This document shows, in pieces, positions 23,210-34,189 of a stretch of 64,000 bases of DNA. This DNA is from Perkinsela sp. CCAP 1560/9. Taxonomy: Eukaryota > Protista > Euglenozoa: Kinetoplastea. The notes under the pieces were generated by a model. That model saw only the letters and a list, made by a program, of their open reading frames with translations. It had not been told where the DNA came from and did no database searches. How positions within the stretch are numbered: position 1 is the first letter of the stretch; each line of letters starts with the position of its first letter. The stretch lies in contig CBFFSA010000021.1 in the NCBI GenBank assembly GCA_965644495.1, positions 62,001 through 126,000 on the forward strand, in the 5' to 3' direction. Both the position numbers and the translations under genes were made by a program.

Positions 23210-26200
23210 ATACCCTGGTGGGTAATAGGTGGTAATTTACCACCTATTACCACCTATTACCACATTTTACTGGCTACTCCAGCATAGAAAAATATTCCCT
23301 ATGAATTCGATACATAGTTCAAGAAATGTCTTTAAACAACAATGCATATGCTATGCGACGTAATTACTGGTCTGTTCTACACGCTATGACATTTTCTTTG
23401 TTCTTTAGACTGCTGTTTAACATTATTTTATTCCTCCGAGAAATTCTAATTGATGAGAGGACGACCGCCCGTCGCAAACATACCAGTACGCACTCCGAGG
23501 CCTCCCCATCGGCCATCCGCAATCCCTCATAACCAAATTAATAAAATTTCTTCCACCTCGCAAGGGAATGGACCCCCTTCTATGTACTCTCCTGGCAGCC
23601 GGAGCTCCCACGATGACACCCTATCTCAACATACCAGTCATACCCCGGAGCCTGTACAAGATACGGTCGATGGCACAGTTTGTCGGAGCTCTCGGAGCAA
23701 AACAGATCAGCTGAATTCTGCAGATTTACCGCCGAAGAAAAGCAGAACTCGGTCAAAATCCAAAGAACTTTCCGATGCAGTTGCTCAACGCATTGTAGAA
23801 GGGCCCAGCCAGCTCAGCCTCTCAATTCTCCAGGAATCCCCGCTGAACACTGCACTTAAGAAGAAGGACCGGCGTTCAGGAAACGTGGAGGATCCGCTGA
23901 AGTATGGAGACCTATCCAACTTTTTCTACTATGAGTTATGCTCTTTCAAGCCAAACGGGAGTTTTCCTTCAAAGCTGTGCATTAAGGAAATGGAGCATAG
24001 ACAAGGGTCGGCATCCTTCTTGAAAGACTCCGCAAATCAAAGACGACATGCGGTGTGTCGCTCGTGTGGCATTACCCTTCACAGTAGGTGTAAGCAAACA
24101 TACTACACCCACAAAAATGAATCTTGCAAAGCACTGAAGAAACAACGAAAAGGAGGCGCCCATGAATCGCCAAAAACGAACCTCACGGCTCAAACTTTTC
24201 TTTCGAAAGCATTGCCGTGCCTCGGAGCACAGACAAATTTATCGACCGAGGGCCTTCTCAAGTTCGTAAGTGCATACGAAGGAGCACGCCCTGACATTTC
24301 CCCGGACCAAATTATTTCGAAGCTACCGTGCGCCAAAAAATTCCACCTCTCCGAGAAAGGCTTGGCTACCGAAATATGGGAGCTAGTCCACAAGACGGTT
24401 TCTGAAAGCGCCTTCTTTGGTATAGCTGTGGACGGAGGGATCGACAACGTGAAGCATCAAAACATATTAGTCAGTGTTTTGTACGCAGGAGCCAATTCGT
24501 TTGTTCTGCCTCCAATCTATCACAAACGTTTCAAAGCGTTTAATGGGATTGAGATGGCGAAATCTATCGTTAGTATGCTTCGCAGCGGCCTAGGTGACGG
24601 AGTTCAAAAGCTTCGTTACTTCATGGTCGATGGGTGCGGCGTGAATCACGTTGCACGACAGGCCACGGAGCGTGAACTTCGTGATATTTATGATCGAATA
24701 TCTCCTGTCGGGACTGAGGATGTCACAAACGTGTGTAATGGGATTCGCATGGCTGTACCGTGCGTGAAAGAAGTATCGTGCTTCGGACACATTCTCAACC
24801 TAATTGCCAGAGATACTATGGTACCGTATCAATCATTACCCGTTATGTGTCTCAGAGATGCATTTGCGCATATTTTCTGGTCAGGAGGAAAACCGAGTGC
24901 AAAGAAAGGTAAGTATATGGGACGTGCGATCGAAGAAATCTTGTGTTCCGTGGATGAAGAAACCCGTGATGCTGTGCCACTGTTCTCTCAATGGTACCAA
25001 ATTCTGGGGGATATCAATGTGCCCGATGAATTCCGTTCATCTCATGTCAATGATCTTTGCAGCGCTCTTGAAATTATTAAAAATGTATGTGTAGAGCCTG
25101 TGCAGTCTCTTCTTGTGACGTTACGCGGGAATGGTACCTTTGAGGAAAAGCACTTTGAACTAGTAGAAATAGGCCCGTTGATCATGGAAGCTGTGGAACG
25201 CACGAAGCGAATAAATAAATTACCTGCCCCTAAATTGGGTGGAGCTACCAGATGGTGTACCGGCCGCTTCGAAAGTTTGCAGTACATTGCAGAAAATCTC
25301 CCAACCATTACTCGGTTTGTATATGATGAAGTTACTTCGGGAAATGCGTCGGATTATCATCGTCGGACTATCAAGAAATGTGCGGAAATTATAAAAGAAA
25401 GCGACCCCCAAGATTTGATGGGACAAGCACGCGAAATATTAAAACAGTTAGATGTTGTCCACAAGTCGTTGAAACAGTTGTCAGATATGCCTAATGAGCC
25501 CATGGCGTTGGTCCCGTATCCAATTTTACAGCGATTGAAGTCTGAAAGTGAGAAGGAAACTGCTAATCCTGAGTTAATAAAATCCCTACAGAAACATAAA
25601 CAGCGACTTGAAAATAAAGCATACATGTATTATTGGTGCGCAGTAATGAGTTTTTCTCCATTGCACATTTTTTTGAGCAGGAAGCACCCGACAGCACAAT
25701 ACCCCGTCATTAGCGTTGATGTGGCAAACGACGTTTTTCAGAGTGGAGAACCTCTTTTTCATATTTCAGAAGACGAGTGGAACTCTTATATTAATTGTAA
25801 GAACTTTGATTGGCAACCCTCCGTGCACACCTCCGTATGGAAATGGTGGGAAGATGTCGGAAAAGAAAACTTTCCATCTATATACCAAGCCGCTCGTCAC
25901 TACTTGTGGGTGCCGCCAATCGTCACAGCATGTGATTCCCTGCTTTCCATTATGGGATGGAAGTATAACCCGCGTCAAGCCTCCCTTGATAGCGACGTAA
26001 TCGCCACTCAAATGTTTCTTCGAGGTAATCTAAATAAATTGACTTATCTTTGTAAAGCTCCAGCCGATACACAGACAAGTGAAGACGAATACAAAAGCGA
26101 AGGGAAAGATGAAACAGAACCTAGCGAATCGGAGCACGACATATAGTTTGAATTACATTTTCTTTATAAATTATATCCTAAAAAATCCCTGAATTCTGCA

Positions 26201-27006
26201 GCACGTGATCTAACCACGTTTAGTTTCTTATTATGCTTGTATTTTTCAAGATTAGTTATATTGAAGCATACAGTATAGTTATAAAAAGGTAGTTATATGG
26301 AATACAATTGGGGGGTAGGCTTCCGGTGGGCCTAGGGGGTGTACACCAAAAAAAATACAATCAGTTATATTGAACAACAAACAGTATGTAGTTGCATAAT
26401 ATAGTTGAGGTCTTCCATATTGGTCGTCAAGGGGAAGCATGTGCGCAACAAATTTTACACAAAAGTTTACAATGGTATACTCATTTTGTTTTGGGATTTT
26501 TTCCATGATTTGTGTGATGCTTCTAGGAAGCATGAGAGCTATACTTTTTCCCCGCACTAACACTTAATTTGAATTTTGTAACGCGCGCTACTTTTCATAT
26601 TATTCATACACGCCATTGAGGCTATATTTTTAAACACATCATTAATCGTAATGCTTTTAAATTAATTTATAAACTTTCCCTACTTTTCTAAACATGTAGG
26701 TATTCATGTACATGAATTTGATTACCTCCCGGACTCATTTTTCTTGTAACTAGGATCTTCCTCCACGTAAATACTCTGCTCCGTGGTAAACTCTCGCGTT
26801 TCTTCGCGATGATGTCCTGTTCGACACGCGATTCTACGCGATGGCGTCCGATAACCCCAGACGATCTGTTACTCACACGTTACGTCGACGATTGTGCGTC
26901 AAATCTCAGGTAGCTTTTGAATGTGGTAATTGGGTAATTGAAATGTGGTAATTACCACCTATTACCACACATGTGGTAAATTACCACATTACCACATCCA
27001 GGGTAT
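23210..27006 (+). mobile_element. hAT-superfamily transposon, apparently intact
   Basis: TIRs ATACCCTGG plus GGTAAT/ATTACC subterminal arrays. TSD GTAATATC at 23202-23209 and 27007-27014. An alternative reading gives CATACCCTGG ends with a 6-bp TAATAT TSD. Confidence 0.88.
23453..26146 (+). CDS. hAT-like transposase (897 aa)
   Basis: Zn-finger-like HAVCRSC, AVDGG, MVDGCGVN, CFGH (CxxH), TRW, and the dimerisation region WKWWE..FPSIYQAARHYLWVPP..ACDSLLS. Confidence 0.85.
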   Translation: MRGRPPVANIPVRTPRPPHRPSAIPHNQINKISSTSQGNGPPSMYSPGSRSSHDDTLSQHTSHTPEPVQDTVDGTVCRSSRSKTDQLNSADLPPKKSRTRSKSKELSDAVAQRIVEGPSQLSLSILQESPLNTALKKKDRRSGNVEDPLKYGDLSNFFYYELCSFKPNGSFPSKLCIKEMEHRQGSASFLKDSANQRRHAVCRSCGITLHSRCKQTYYTHKNESCKALKKQRKGGAHESPKTNLTAQTFLSKALPCLGAQTNLSTEGLLKFVSAYEGARPDISPDQIISKLPCAKKFHLSEKGLATEIWELVHKTVSESAFFGIAVDGGIDNVKHQNILVSVLYAGANSFVLPPIYHKRFKAFNGIEMAKSIVSMLRSGLGDGVQKLRYFMVDGCGVNHVARQATERELRDIYDRISPVGTEDVTNVCNGIRMAVPCVKEVSCFGHILNLIARDTMVPYQSLPVMCLRDAFAHIFWSGGKPSAKKGKYMGRAIEEILCSVDEETRDAVPLFSQWYQILGDINVPDEFRSSHVNDLCSALEIIKNVCVEPVQSLLVTLRGNGTFEEKHFELVEIGPLIMEAVERTKRINKLPAPKLGGATRWCTGRFESLQYIAENLPTITRFVYDEVTSGNASDYHRRTIKKCAEIIKESDPQDLMGQAREILKQLDVVHKSLKQLSDMPNEPMALVPYPILQRLKSESEKETANPELIKSLQKHKQRLENKAYMYYWCAVMSFSPLHIFLSRKHPTAQYPVISVDVANDVFQSGEPLFHISEDEWNSYINCKNFDWQPSVHTSVWKWWEDVGKENFPSIYQAARHYLWVPPIVTACDSLLSIMGWKYNPRQASLDSDVIATQMFLRGNLNKLTYLCKAPADTQTSEDEYKSEGKDETEPSESEHDI

Positions 27007-28005
27007 GTAATATCGTGGTCCGTTCCATGAAAAAAACGAAAATTATCGAAATGAGCGAAACAACGCTCGATTCTTGAACGAATCCAAGAATGCATGCGGT
27101 TGAACCGATCCTTGTGTTCATCAAGGCAACCTTTGCGTGGTGCCTTGAATGGAACAAAACAGTGGTTGCAACCCACGTATCCTAGATCCGCCAAAAACAT
27201 TTCATCTTCATGATGGTCAAAAAGAAATGTTCCGTGCGTGGTTCTTTCTTTATAAATTTTCGCATCATGTACACTGCCCGGAACGGGTCCGCGAAAAAAA
27301 TAGGGACTCCGGCAAGCGTAAGCCAGAACTCCACTTTAAAACAGTGTTCCCTTGCTTGCCGGAGTAGGTCGCATCTTTTTTTCTCATTTCCTGAGAGGCT
27401 TCGTCCCATACGTCCCGCGGTTTCCTTGCACGACATGGGATTGTCGTGACGTCCATCATACATGTCACGTCAGACATCCAAGATACCCCATGCTTGAAAC
27501 GAAGTTTCGGATTCATTAAAGCAGGAGAGCGGCAAAGATCAGCGATGCGGCTAAAGTCATCGCGGAGAGTCCTGATGGGTAGAGGAGGAGTTTCGGGAGC
27601 AATCCAGATGGGCTGTAAATCATACAGTTGCTCCCATGTGCAGTTCAAAACGCACATAGCTAAGGAAGAGCTAAGGCGTCTGAGATCAGTGTCCGTGGCG
27701 ACAAGAGGACTTGCTCTCTGTAGCTCAAGAAAAAAATCTGTGAGTTGCTCTCTGGTAATGCCGTACATGATAGAATTGCAGGATAAAATATCGCCTAGAG
27801 AGAAAACAAAAAGTAAGATGACATTCATGGGTAAGATACCTAACTTATTCATGATACAAGATGCATGATATATCTAAAAAAAGAATGATATATAAAGGTT
27901 AGCACTTCAAACTTCAAAAAAAACGAGCTTATCACTTCTCTTGAATTACAACTCTTTCTCTTATGTACGCTTTGCGGGGGAAACGTTCGCTTCTGCGGGG
28001 GAAAA

Positions 28006-28671
28006 CTAAAGGGAAGGAAAGCGCATCACACGAGAGGAACGTGGCTTCAAAGAGACTTCCCCAAGCGAAGGTTGAGGGAGCGAGGAAGGTTGAGTGCGCA
28101 AGTTGGGTGAAGAGATCACCGTAGAAGAAAAGGATTCCTCTGCTACGTTTTCTTTACCCTGGCCACTCTTCCGTTTGCGCCACAGAGTGCATGATCTGGA
28201 ACGCTTTCCTGAAACAGAACGCCACACGTTCTCCACGAACTCCCCCACAGCTCCTTCATGAGGAGGGGCGTAGAGAGGGTTCTGTTTCAAGAAAGCTTCC
28301 AGATCACGCGTCGCCTCTGCAAGGAAGTAGACCCCTCGTGGCAGACAATCCAAGAGAAGGTGTCCTCGGCGCTCCACAAGGTGGAAGATGACACGCTGCA
28401 GCACTTGGGAGCTAACCTCCACGCCACACACAGAGCGTGTTGCATGTAAGTAGCTGTCCATCGTGCGCGATACGCGCCTCATGCATTCTTCCACCTTGGC
28501 TCCCAACTCCTCTTCAGTGATAACGAGCGCTGGGGGGGCGAAAGGAGTTTTGCGCTTCGTGAAGGTGCGCATAAGCGATGCGACAATGACGTCGTATACG
28601 TCATCATCCCTCGCAGATGTTACCTTCATACGTGAAGTGAAATCTTCGTTGCTCTCAACAGGGCTCATCAT
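28006..28671 (-). CDS. Accessory ORF2 of the ISL2EU/Harbinger-like element (221 aa)
   Basis: Intact ATG ORF inside the TIRs, co-oriented with and upstream of the transposase, with a basic RKRK patch. Confidence 0.6.
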   Translation of the reverse strand: MMSPVESNEDFTSRMKVTSARDDDVYDVIVASLMRTFTKRKTPFAPPALVITEEELGAKVEECMRRVSRTMDSYLHATRSVCGVEVSSQVLQRVIFHLVERRGHLLLDCLPRGVYFLAEATRDLEAFLKQNPLYAPPHEGAVGEFVENVWRSVSGKRSRSCTLWRKRKSGQGKENVAEESFSSTVISSPNLRTQPSSLPQPSLGEVSLKPRSSRVMRFPSL

Positions 28672-29154
28672 ATAAAAAGGAGGATAATGTAAAAGAATTA
28701 TGCATGTATTGTGGAGGGTATATTAATTGTACATTTGATTTGTGTAATGCATACACCGTTCGTATACAGCACCGTATACAGCGTACACCGTATTTTCACA
28801 GTGAGGCGGCTATGTACGGCAACAAACTAAAAAAACTACGCTTAAACTACTTTGTACGTGTACAATCCATTTTTTTGGTCTAAAATAGACCTCGTTCGAC
28901 CTCAAATGCAAAGCGCGGGTTCGGTGCGGGTTCGGTGATGCACACCCGCAGCCCCTCATATGTATCAGTGTCTTTGTTGTTGTTTTTGTGATTCCATCAA
29001 AAAGCCATATTAAAGTGGGGGTACATTGAAAATTATGAGAGAAAAAAATCGGCTGCATTTTTTGTTTATCTGCAAACACTTATATAATGTTGAACCGGAG
29101 CTGTATATATTCAAATATAGCTTTTATAGCTTTTTTCCGCTTAAAAACTTCGAA

Positions 29155-30339
29155 ATGACTGCAGCTGTAGAAATCTCTTACGAAGATTCTTCTATCGACA
29201 TGAACGTATTAAAAAAACTCAATCCGGAGAACTCTGAGATTGCAAAAGGACTTCTTCTAGAAATTGAAACGGAATGTACGAAAGCAAACATATTGGACGA
29301 TACAATTTCTCAAGCACATGATCACTTAAACGCCGCGGCTACGATTCGGAATCAAATCGCACAGGAGTCTGACAAAATCACTGAACTTGAAAGCTCTATT
29401 TCCCAAACCACGCACAACGTTGCCCACATGAGGACACGCATTCAATCCTTTCCCAACCCTGAGCGAATACATTCTCTCGAAACCCAAGTTGCGGCCAAAT
29501 CCGACGCGTTAGACACCTCAACCTCCACACTCGGTACCTTACAAAACGACAAGAAAACGCAACAGCGGCAACTCGACGACACCCACAGCAACCTCTCCAG
29601 TTTAATGCACGAAGTCTGCACGATTCTATGCGAGACCTCCTCCCTCCTCCAGCAACGTCACCGTGAGATGGTCGAGTTCCCGACGCCCTCCGTTTCGTTA
29701 CCCGATCTCACGGCGCAGTGCACCGAAAGAGAGGCACGACTCCGTGCGACCCTACTCGACATGGACCTCAAAAAACAAAAAGAGAAAAGTATTCGAGAAG
29801 CCATGGAATGTGCTCGAACGGAGCTAGCCACCCAGTGTGGAGATGTGGAGCGCAGTCACCTTGAAAGCACACAGCAAATTACAGAAGAATGGAGCCGGGA
29901 ACAGAAAGAGCTCTGGGTTTCGTTGGCCCAACTTCGCGTGATCCACAAGGAGCAGGTTTATCATTTGCAGCGGGGGACGCATATTAAGCAGAGCACGAGT
30001 GGGGGCGTCTCGTCGGAGTCTAGACTGGCGAGAGAAGAGACGGCATTGACCCGCGAGCTGATACAAATCCAGCAGCGCATTAAGGATGCCACCGACCAGC
30101 TACACTCCCGGCGTGTGGTGTTGCGGAACTATAAAACAGAGCTACGTAAGATGAAGGATGAGTTTGAGGAGACCCGAAAAAAGGCACAGGAACAGCTGCA
30201 GGAGTCCGCGAAAGAGCACAGAGAGCTGTTCCAAGAAAAGTGTCAGTTGCAGAAAATGAAAGCAGACATGGAGGGCCAAATTGCTGTTCTACACAGTGCT
30301 CGATCGTCTGCTTTAATGACACCCAAAAAAGAAATTTAG
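29155..30339 (+). CDS. Coiled-coil protein
   Basis: E/Q/K/L-rich heptad-like sequence. First ATG after the AT-rich leader is at 29155. Confidence 0.8.
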   Translation: MTAAVEISYEDSSIDMNVLKKLNPENSEIAKGLLLEIETECTKANILDDTISQAHDHLNAAATIRNQIAQESDKITELESSISQTTHNVAHMRTRIQSFPNPERIHSLETQVAAKSDALDTSTSTLGTLQNDKKTQQRQLDDTHSNLSSLMHEVCTILCETSSLLQQRHREMVEFPTPSVSLPDLTAQCTEREARLRATLLDMDLKKQKEKSIREAMECARTELATQCGDVERSHLESTQQITEEWSREQKELWVSLAQLRVIHKEQVYHLQRGTHIKQSTSGGVSSESRLAREETALTRELIQIQQRIKDATDQLHSRRVVLRNYKTELRKMKDEFEETRKKAQEQLQESAKEHRELFQEKCQLQKMKADMEGQIAVLHSARSSALMTPKKEI

Positions 30340-30743
30340 TTTCTCGGAAATTGGATGTTCGAGTAGATTTTAGTAGATATTCTTAGTAACGGAACCGTTT
30401 CGTAGGGTGTATGACTCAAGCGTAATTCTTTGTTGGTTCGATGGAATTATGATTACGGAGTTTAATTTATCCGTTGACTCCACTTTACCCGTAGACTTAA
30501 AATGTACACATGCTTATAATTCTGTACTTGTTTGTTTATATTGTAGAACACTTTTTAGTCATAATCTACCTTTGATTCCTTTTTAACAGCCTATAAATAC
30601 ATGTATGATATTATGCCTGGTGCTCTGTTCCGTACCTTTTGATCCCGGGTTCCAATAATTTAACAAAATAATAATAATAACTTACAAATCTGTTTTTTTT
30701 TCGTTTCTTTCTACTGCAATTTTTGTTCGTTTCCTTCTACTGC

Positions 30744-31355
30744 ATGGATGACAGTTCCGATTTGCGTCGCGGCAAGGTTACCGCCTTGTTGCTACCCCCA
30801 GAGGAACTCCTTGAGCGTTTCATATCAGATGTGGAACCAAGATCAAGGCACCCCACTTGGCGCCTTGCTAAGAAGGGAGTCTTTGGGCGTGTGAAAAGCG
30901 TATCGGTATGCACATGGTATGGGGTGACCTGCGATGCGCAGCATCGTCTAAGAAGGATTCGATGGGATGACATGGGGCTCGAACGACAGGTACAACGGGA
31001 ATTCCTACCCCAAACACTAATGGCTTGTAGTTTCCTTAGAAACAGACTTACGGGATCATTGTTACTTGATGCATTACCACCGCAGCTGACATACCTGCAT
31101 GTATCGAGCAACCGATTTAGCGATGAGTTATCCTTGACTAATTTGCCGCCCACCACAGAGTCTCTTTGGTTCAATGACAATCGCTTTGAAGGAAGCGTAG
31201 ATCTTACCCATTTACCCCTTCGTCTCCGTGACTTGAGGACTAACGATAAAGATACAGTTTCTGTACCTTGTTCGTACATTTTCCTAGCTCATCATTTCTC
31301 TCCCGGAGACGGGCATATTTTTACTATGTCAATGCCCGTTTCCGGATGGCGCTAG
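30744..31355 (+). CDS. Leucine-rich repeat protein (Perkinsela-like family), C-terminus disrupted at about 31241
   Basis: CTWYGVTC cap and LPxxLxxLxLxxNxFxGxxDLxxLP repeats. N-terminus shared with 47015. Confidence 0.8.
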   Translation: MDDSSDLRRGKVTALLLPPEELLERFISDVEPRSRHPTWRLAKKGVFGRVKSVSVCTWYGVTCDAQHRLRRIRWDDMGLERQVQREFLPQTLMACSFLRNRLTGSLLLDALPPQLTYLHVSSNRFSDELSLTNLPPTTESLWFNDNRFEGSVDLTHLPLRLRDLRTNDKDTVSVPCSYIFLAHHFSPGDGHIFTMSMPVSGWR

Positions 31356-32192
31356 GAGAGGAACTGTCCCTCTTGTCGCAAAGTAGGGGTGCGCCTCCCT
31401 TCCCTCATCTCCAACCACCCCGCTCGGAACACGGTTCCGAGTCCCCATGCGCTGCAGGACCCTACTACGGGACCACGCGGCGTGTCTTCCCCACCGCGCG
31501 ACACCGGTACTGCTGCGCGCAGGAGGCTTCCACATACCGGAAGTCTCCCACACGGCGAGCAAACACGTTGCACGCGTGTTCTAGAGGATGTTCTATGCAC
31601 CTCTCTTGCTCACCAGCCGTGGTGGATTCTGTGGGACCCCGATGCCCATGATGCATCATGAACCATGACTCCATTTGCCAGCATGCATCCATGGCCCTGA
31701 CCATGTTGTATCATGAACCATGGAAGTCATTTGTAGCATGTACGATGGGAATACCATCCGCGTCCCACAAATCCGTATGTCTTCCCTGGCGCATTGCGCT
31801 CACTGAGCATCTCGGGACATCTTATCCCGATGAGGCCGTTCCTTTTCGCTTTCCTGGGGATGATATCCCACACATTGCCCTGTGTCGCCGCGGAAGGCGA
31901 CAGGTCCAGCAGGGGACACCCTTTGCGTCAACTCCTGCTGAGCCCAGTATCTCTACAGGTTTTCGCCCTGTATGAATAAAACCATTGATCACAATGAGCT
32001 CACCGGTGGAGTCGATCTCTCTTGTTTGCCCTTCGAGATGAAAACTCTGAATTTGGCCTTAACAGGTTTACAGGACCACTAAATTTGCAGAAGACGCCTC
32101 CTTTGCTGGAATTCATTTACTGTCAAAGCAATTGTTTTTCGGACTTGATAATGTTTGCTTCGATTCCCAAGGAATTAAAAGCGTTAACCATA

Positions 32193-34039
32193 CAGTAAAC
32201 GTCACTATTCTGAGAGTCGCTAAAAATGAGAATTGGGCTGTCAACGTACAACTGGCCAAAATGAGAATGCACTTTGAAAAATGAGAATGGGGCTTCGGCC
32301 ACACATGTCAACGTTCAATTGAATTCGATACTCAAAAATGAGAATAGAAAAAAATAACTTTCTTTTAATCACTGCTTAACTCTCTTCGTATTCTTTGCTC
32401 ACTGCTTAAACTCGCTGCTTACTCTTCCTGAACACCCATGGTCGTGAGAACCATCCTGTCCATCATGTTCATCATATCAATGCTGTCTTCGCCACCTTCT
32501 TCTTCCTCTTCTTCTGTATCAGTTTCTATGAACGAATCTTCGACGGGTTCATCGAATCGAGAAATTGCTTCATCAACATCGATGAATCCCTGTTCTTGAA
32601 GAGCGGTGTTCGGGTCCAAGTTGGAGTGATACTTTTTTTGACCAACCCAAGTGCCCTGATTTGGGATGTACCCCCCGCTTGACCAGCATGAGCGAATCTT
32701 GTCCCGAGAAATTGAATTCCATGCGTTCCTCGCTAAGCGCATCATGACGTCCCAGGTAGGAGTATATTCGGATGGATTCCCACTCTTCTCGGCCTCGTCC
32801 TGCACAAGAATTCTGTATTGGTGTTTGAACATCTTGATAATTCCCAAATCTGCCGGCTGCCAAACATGGGTCAAGCCTGCTGGGCCAAAAAGAACTGAAC
32901 CCCCTCTATAGCCATACTCATTGCTCTGCCGCTACACATCAGGAAGATGGCGATGACCCTCAAAACGGTCCAGTAGCCACAAGAATCTGCCAGACATCAA
33001 GGTTTTCATACGTTCAAATATAGCGGTTGAGTTACGTGCGTCTGCCCATGCATTGCGTTGTATGTGCACGGAGCTGTCGTTTTGATAGCGATGTGCTAAG
33101 TTTTTGGGATTTCGCGACTTGGGATTCGGCTCCCCTTTCAAAACGAATGATAGTGGCATCTTTTCTCCCGCCATAGAAGTACCAATAAAAATTGTAACCC
33201 GGGTTTTGGACTTTATGTTGGACATGGCTTCCGGAGAAACAGTGCCTTTCTTGCAATAGACGTGTTTCGTTCCGTGCGAAATGAGAAGTCCAGTTTCATC
33301 AACATTCCAGACTCGGGCATCGCCGTATGTTAAGGTGTGGAAGCGTACTTTCTGCACGAAGCTTACCACTTCTGTATCCCAAGACGGAGATAATGTCTTC
33401 TTTTCTTGAGCAAGATGACGTGTAAACCCGTTTTTCTTTATGAGTCTTCGAATCCAACAATCTAGCGCATTTTGTTTGCCAACGAATTTGTCCCCAGTGA
33501 TGCTTCGCACAAGGGAAGCAACCTGCTTTATTGTAAATTGCATGGTTTCCTCCATCCAAGATTCCACCTGCGATTTCAGAGTTAAATGGCCTAGATGACG
33601 CGAGACGCGAGCATGCTTGCTCTTTGGTTGAGCAGAAGAAATGCTATCCAAATCCTGGAACCAGCGGTATACAGTTTTTCGAGGAACATCAATAATGCCG
33701 TTTGCAAGGCTATGTTCCATTTTTGCTGTCAGAGTGTCGCCGGGACTACGCCTCACGAGCTCAATAACCTTAAGTTTTTCCTCGTTCGATAAGCCCATCA
33801 AAGAAAATTATTAAAAAGTGTTTAGTAAGATCTGGCAAAGACAAGAGAAAGAATCCATCGGTGAGCGATTGCATTAAAAAACTTTTTTTTAAAAATGAGA
33901 ATTATGATATGACCTCATAAATAAGTGCCTGTCAACGTTCAACAGACCAATTCTGAGAATAGTGACGAAAAACGACAAAAAAGCCGTTTTGTGTGTGTCA
34001 ACGTACAACTGAGCATTCTGAGAATAGTGACGTTTACTG
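32193..34039 (-). mobile_element. pogo-like (Tc1/mariner) transposon, full length
   Basis: TA|CAGTAAACGTCACTATTCT ... AGAATAGTGACGTTTACTG|TA, with a transposase inside. Confidence 0.92.
32419..33801 (-). pseudogene. pogo/DDE_1 transposase with a single in-frame TAG (32932-32934)
   Basis: HTH N-terminus, WNVDETG, TKRV-type RVTIF..GEKMP, NAW, LLDRFEGH, P.GLTHVWQPADLGI and an acidic tail. Both ORF pieces are in the same frame. Confidence 0.9.
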
Positions 34040-34189
34040 TATACGACAACAAAAATCTTAAGGGCGAAATTAATTTTTCTATTCTCCCGAAAAATTGATT
34101 TGCAGAGATCACTACTTCAGGAACGGATGTCAAGGTACTATGATCCCCTTTAATAGGGACACCGGGTATGCCTCCCCTATTTCCTCCAA

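Larger units (their letters stand above)
22952..27852 (-). pseudogene. Harbinger/ISL2EU-type transposase, split by the hAT insertion and two 1-bp frameshifts
   Basis: Motifs MMDVTTIPC, YSGK..HCFK, PGSVHDAKI, LADLGYVG and FNRMHSWIRSRIERCF. After hAT removal the frame continues HDIT|WVKDVVQ..VYGLLASEPQ to the stop at 22952. Confidence 0.85.
22701..28957 (-). mobile_element. PIF/Harbinger-ISL2EU-like transposon (DDE_Tnp_4 plus ORF2), interrupted by hAT
   Basis: TIRs GAGGGGCTGCGGGT flanked by ATAT (AT-type TSD). Subterminal GGGTTCGGTGCG repeats at both ends. Confidence 0.8.

Noticed and set aside
31280-32100. Several short overlapping ORFs with scattered Cys, possibly RING-like
   Set aside because: No consistent frame or complete ligand pattern.
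32932-32934. In-frame TAG codons (also 5526 and about 56520) suggesting stop-codon reassignment
   Set aside because: They occur only in decaying sequences. Host ORFs up to 1598 aa have no internal stops and some end in TAG.
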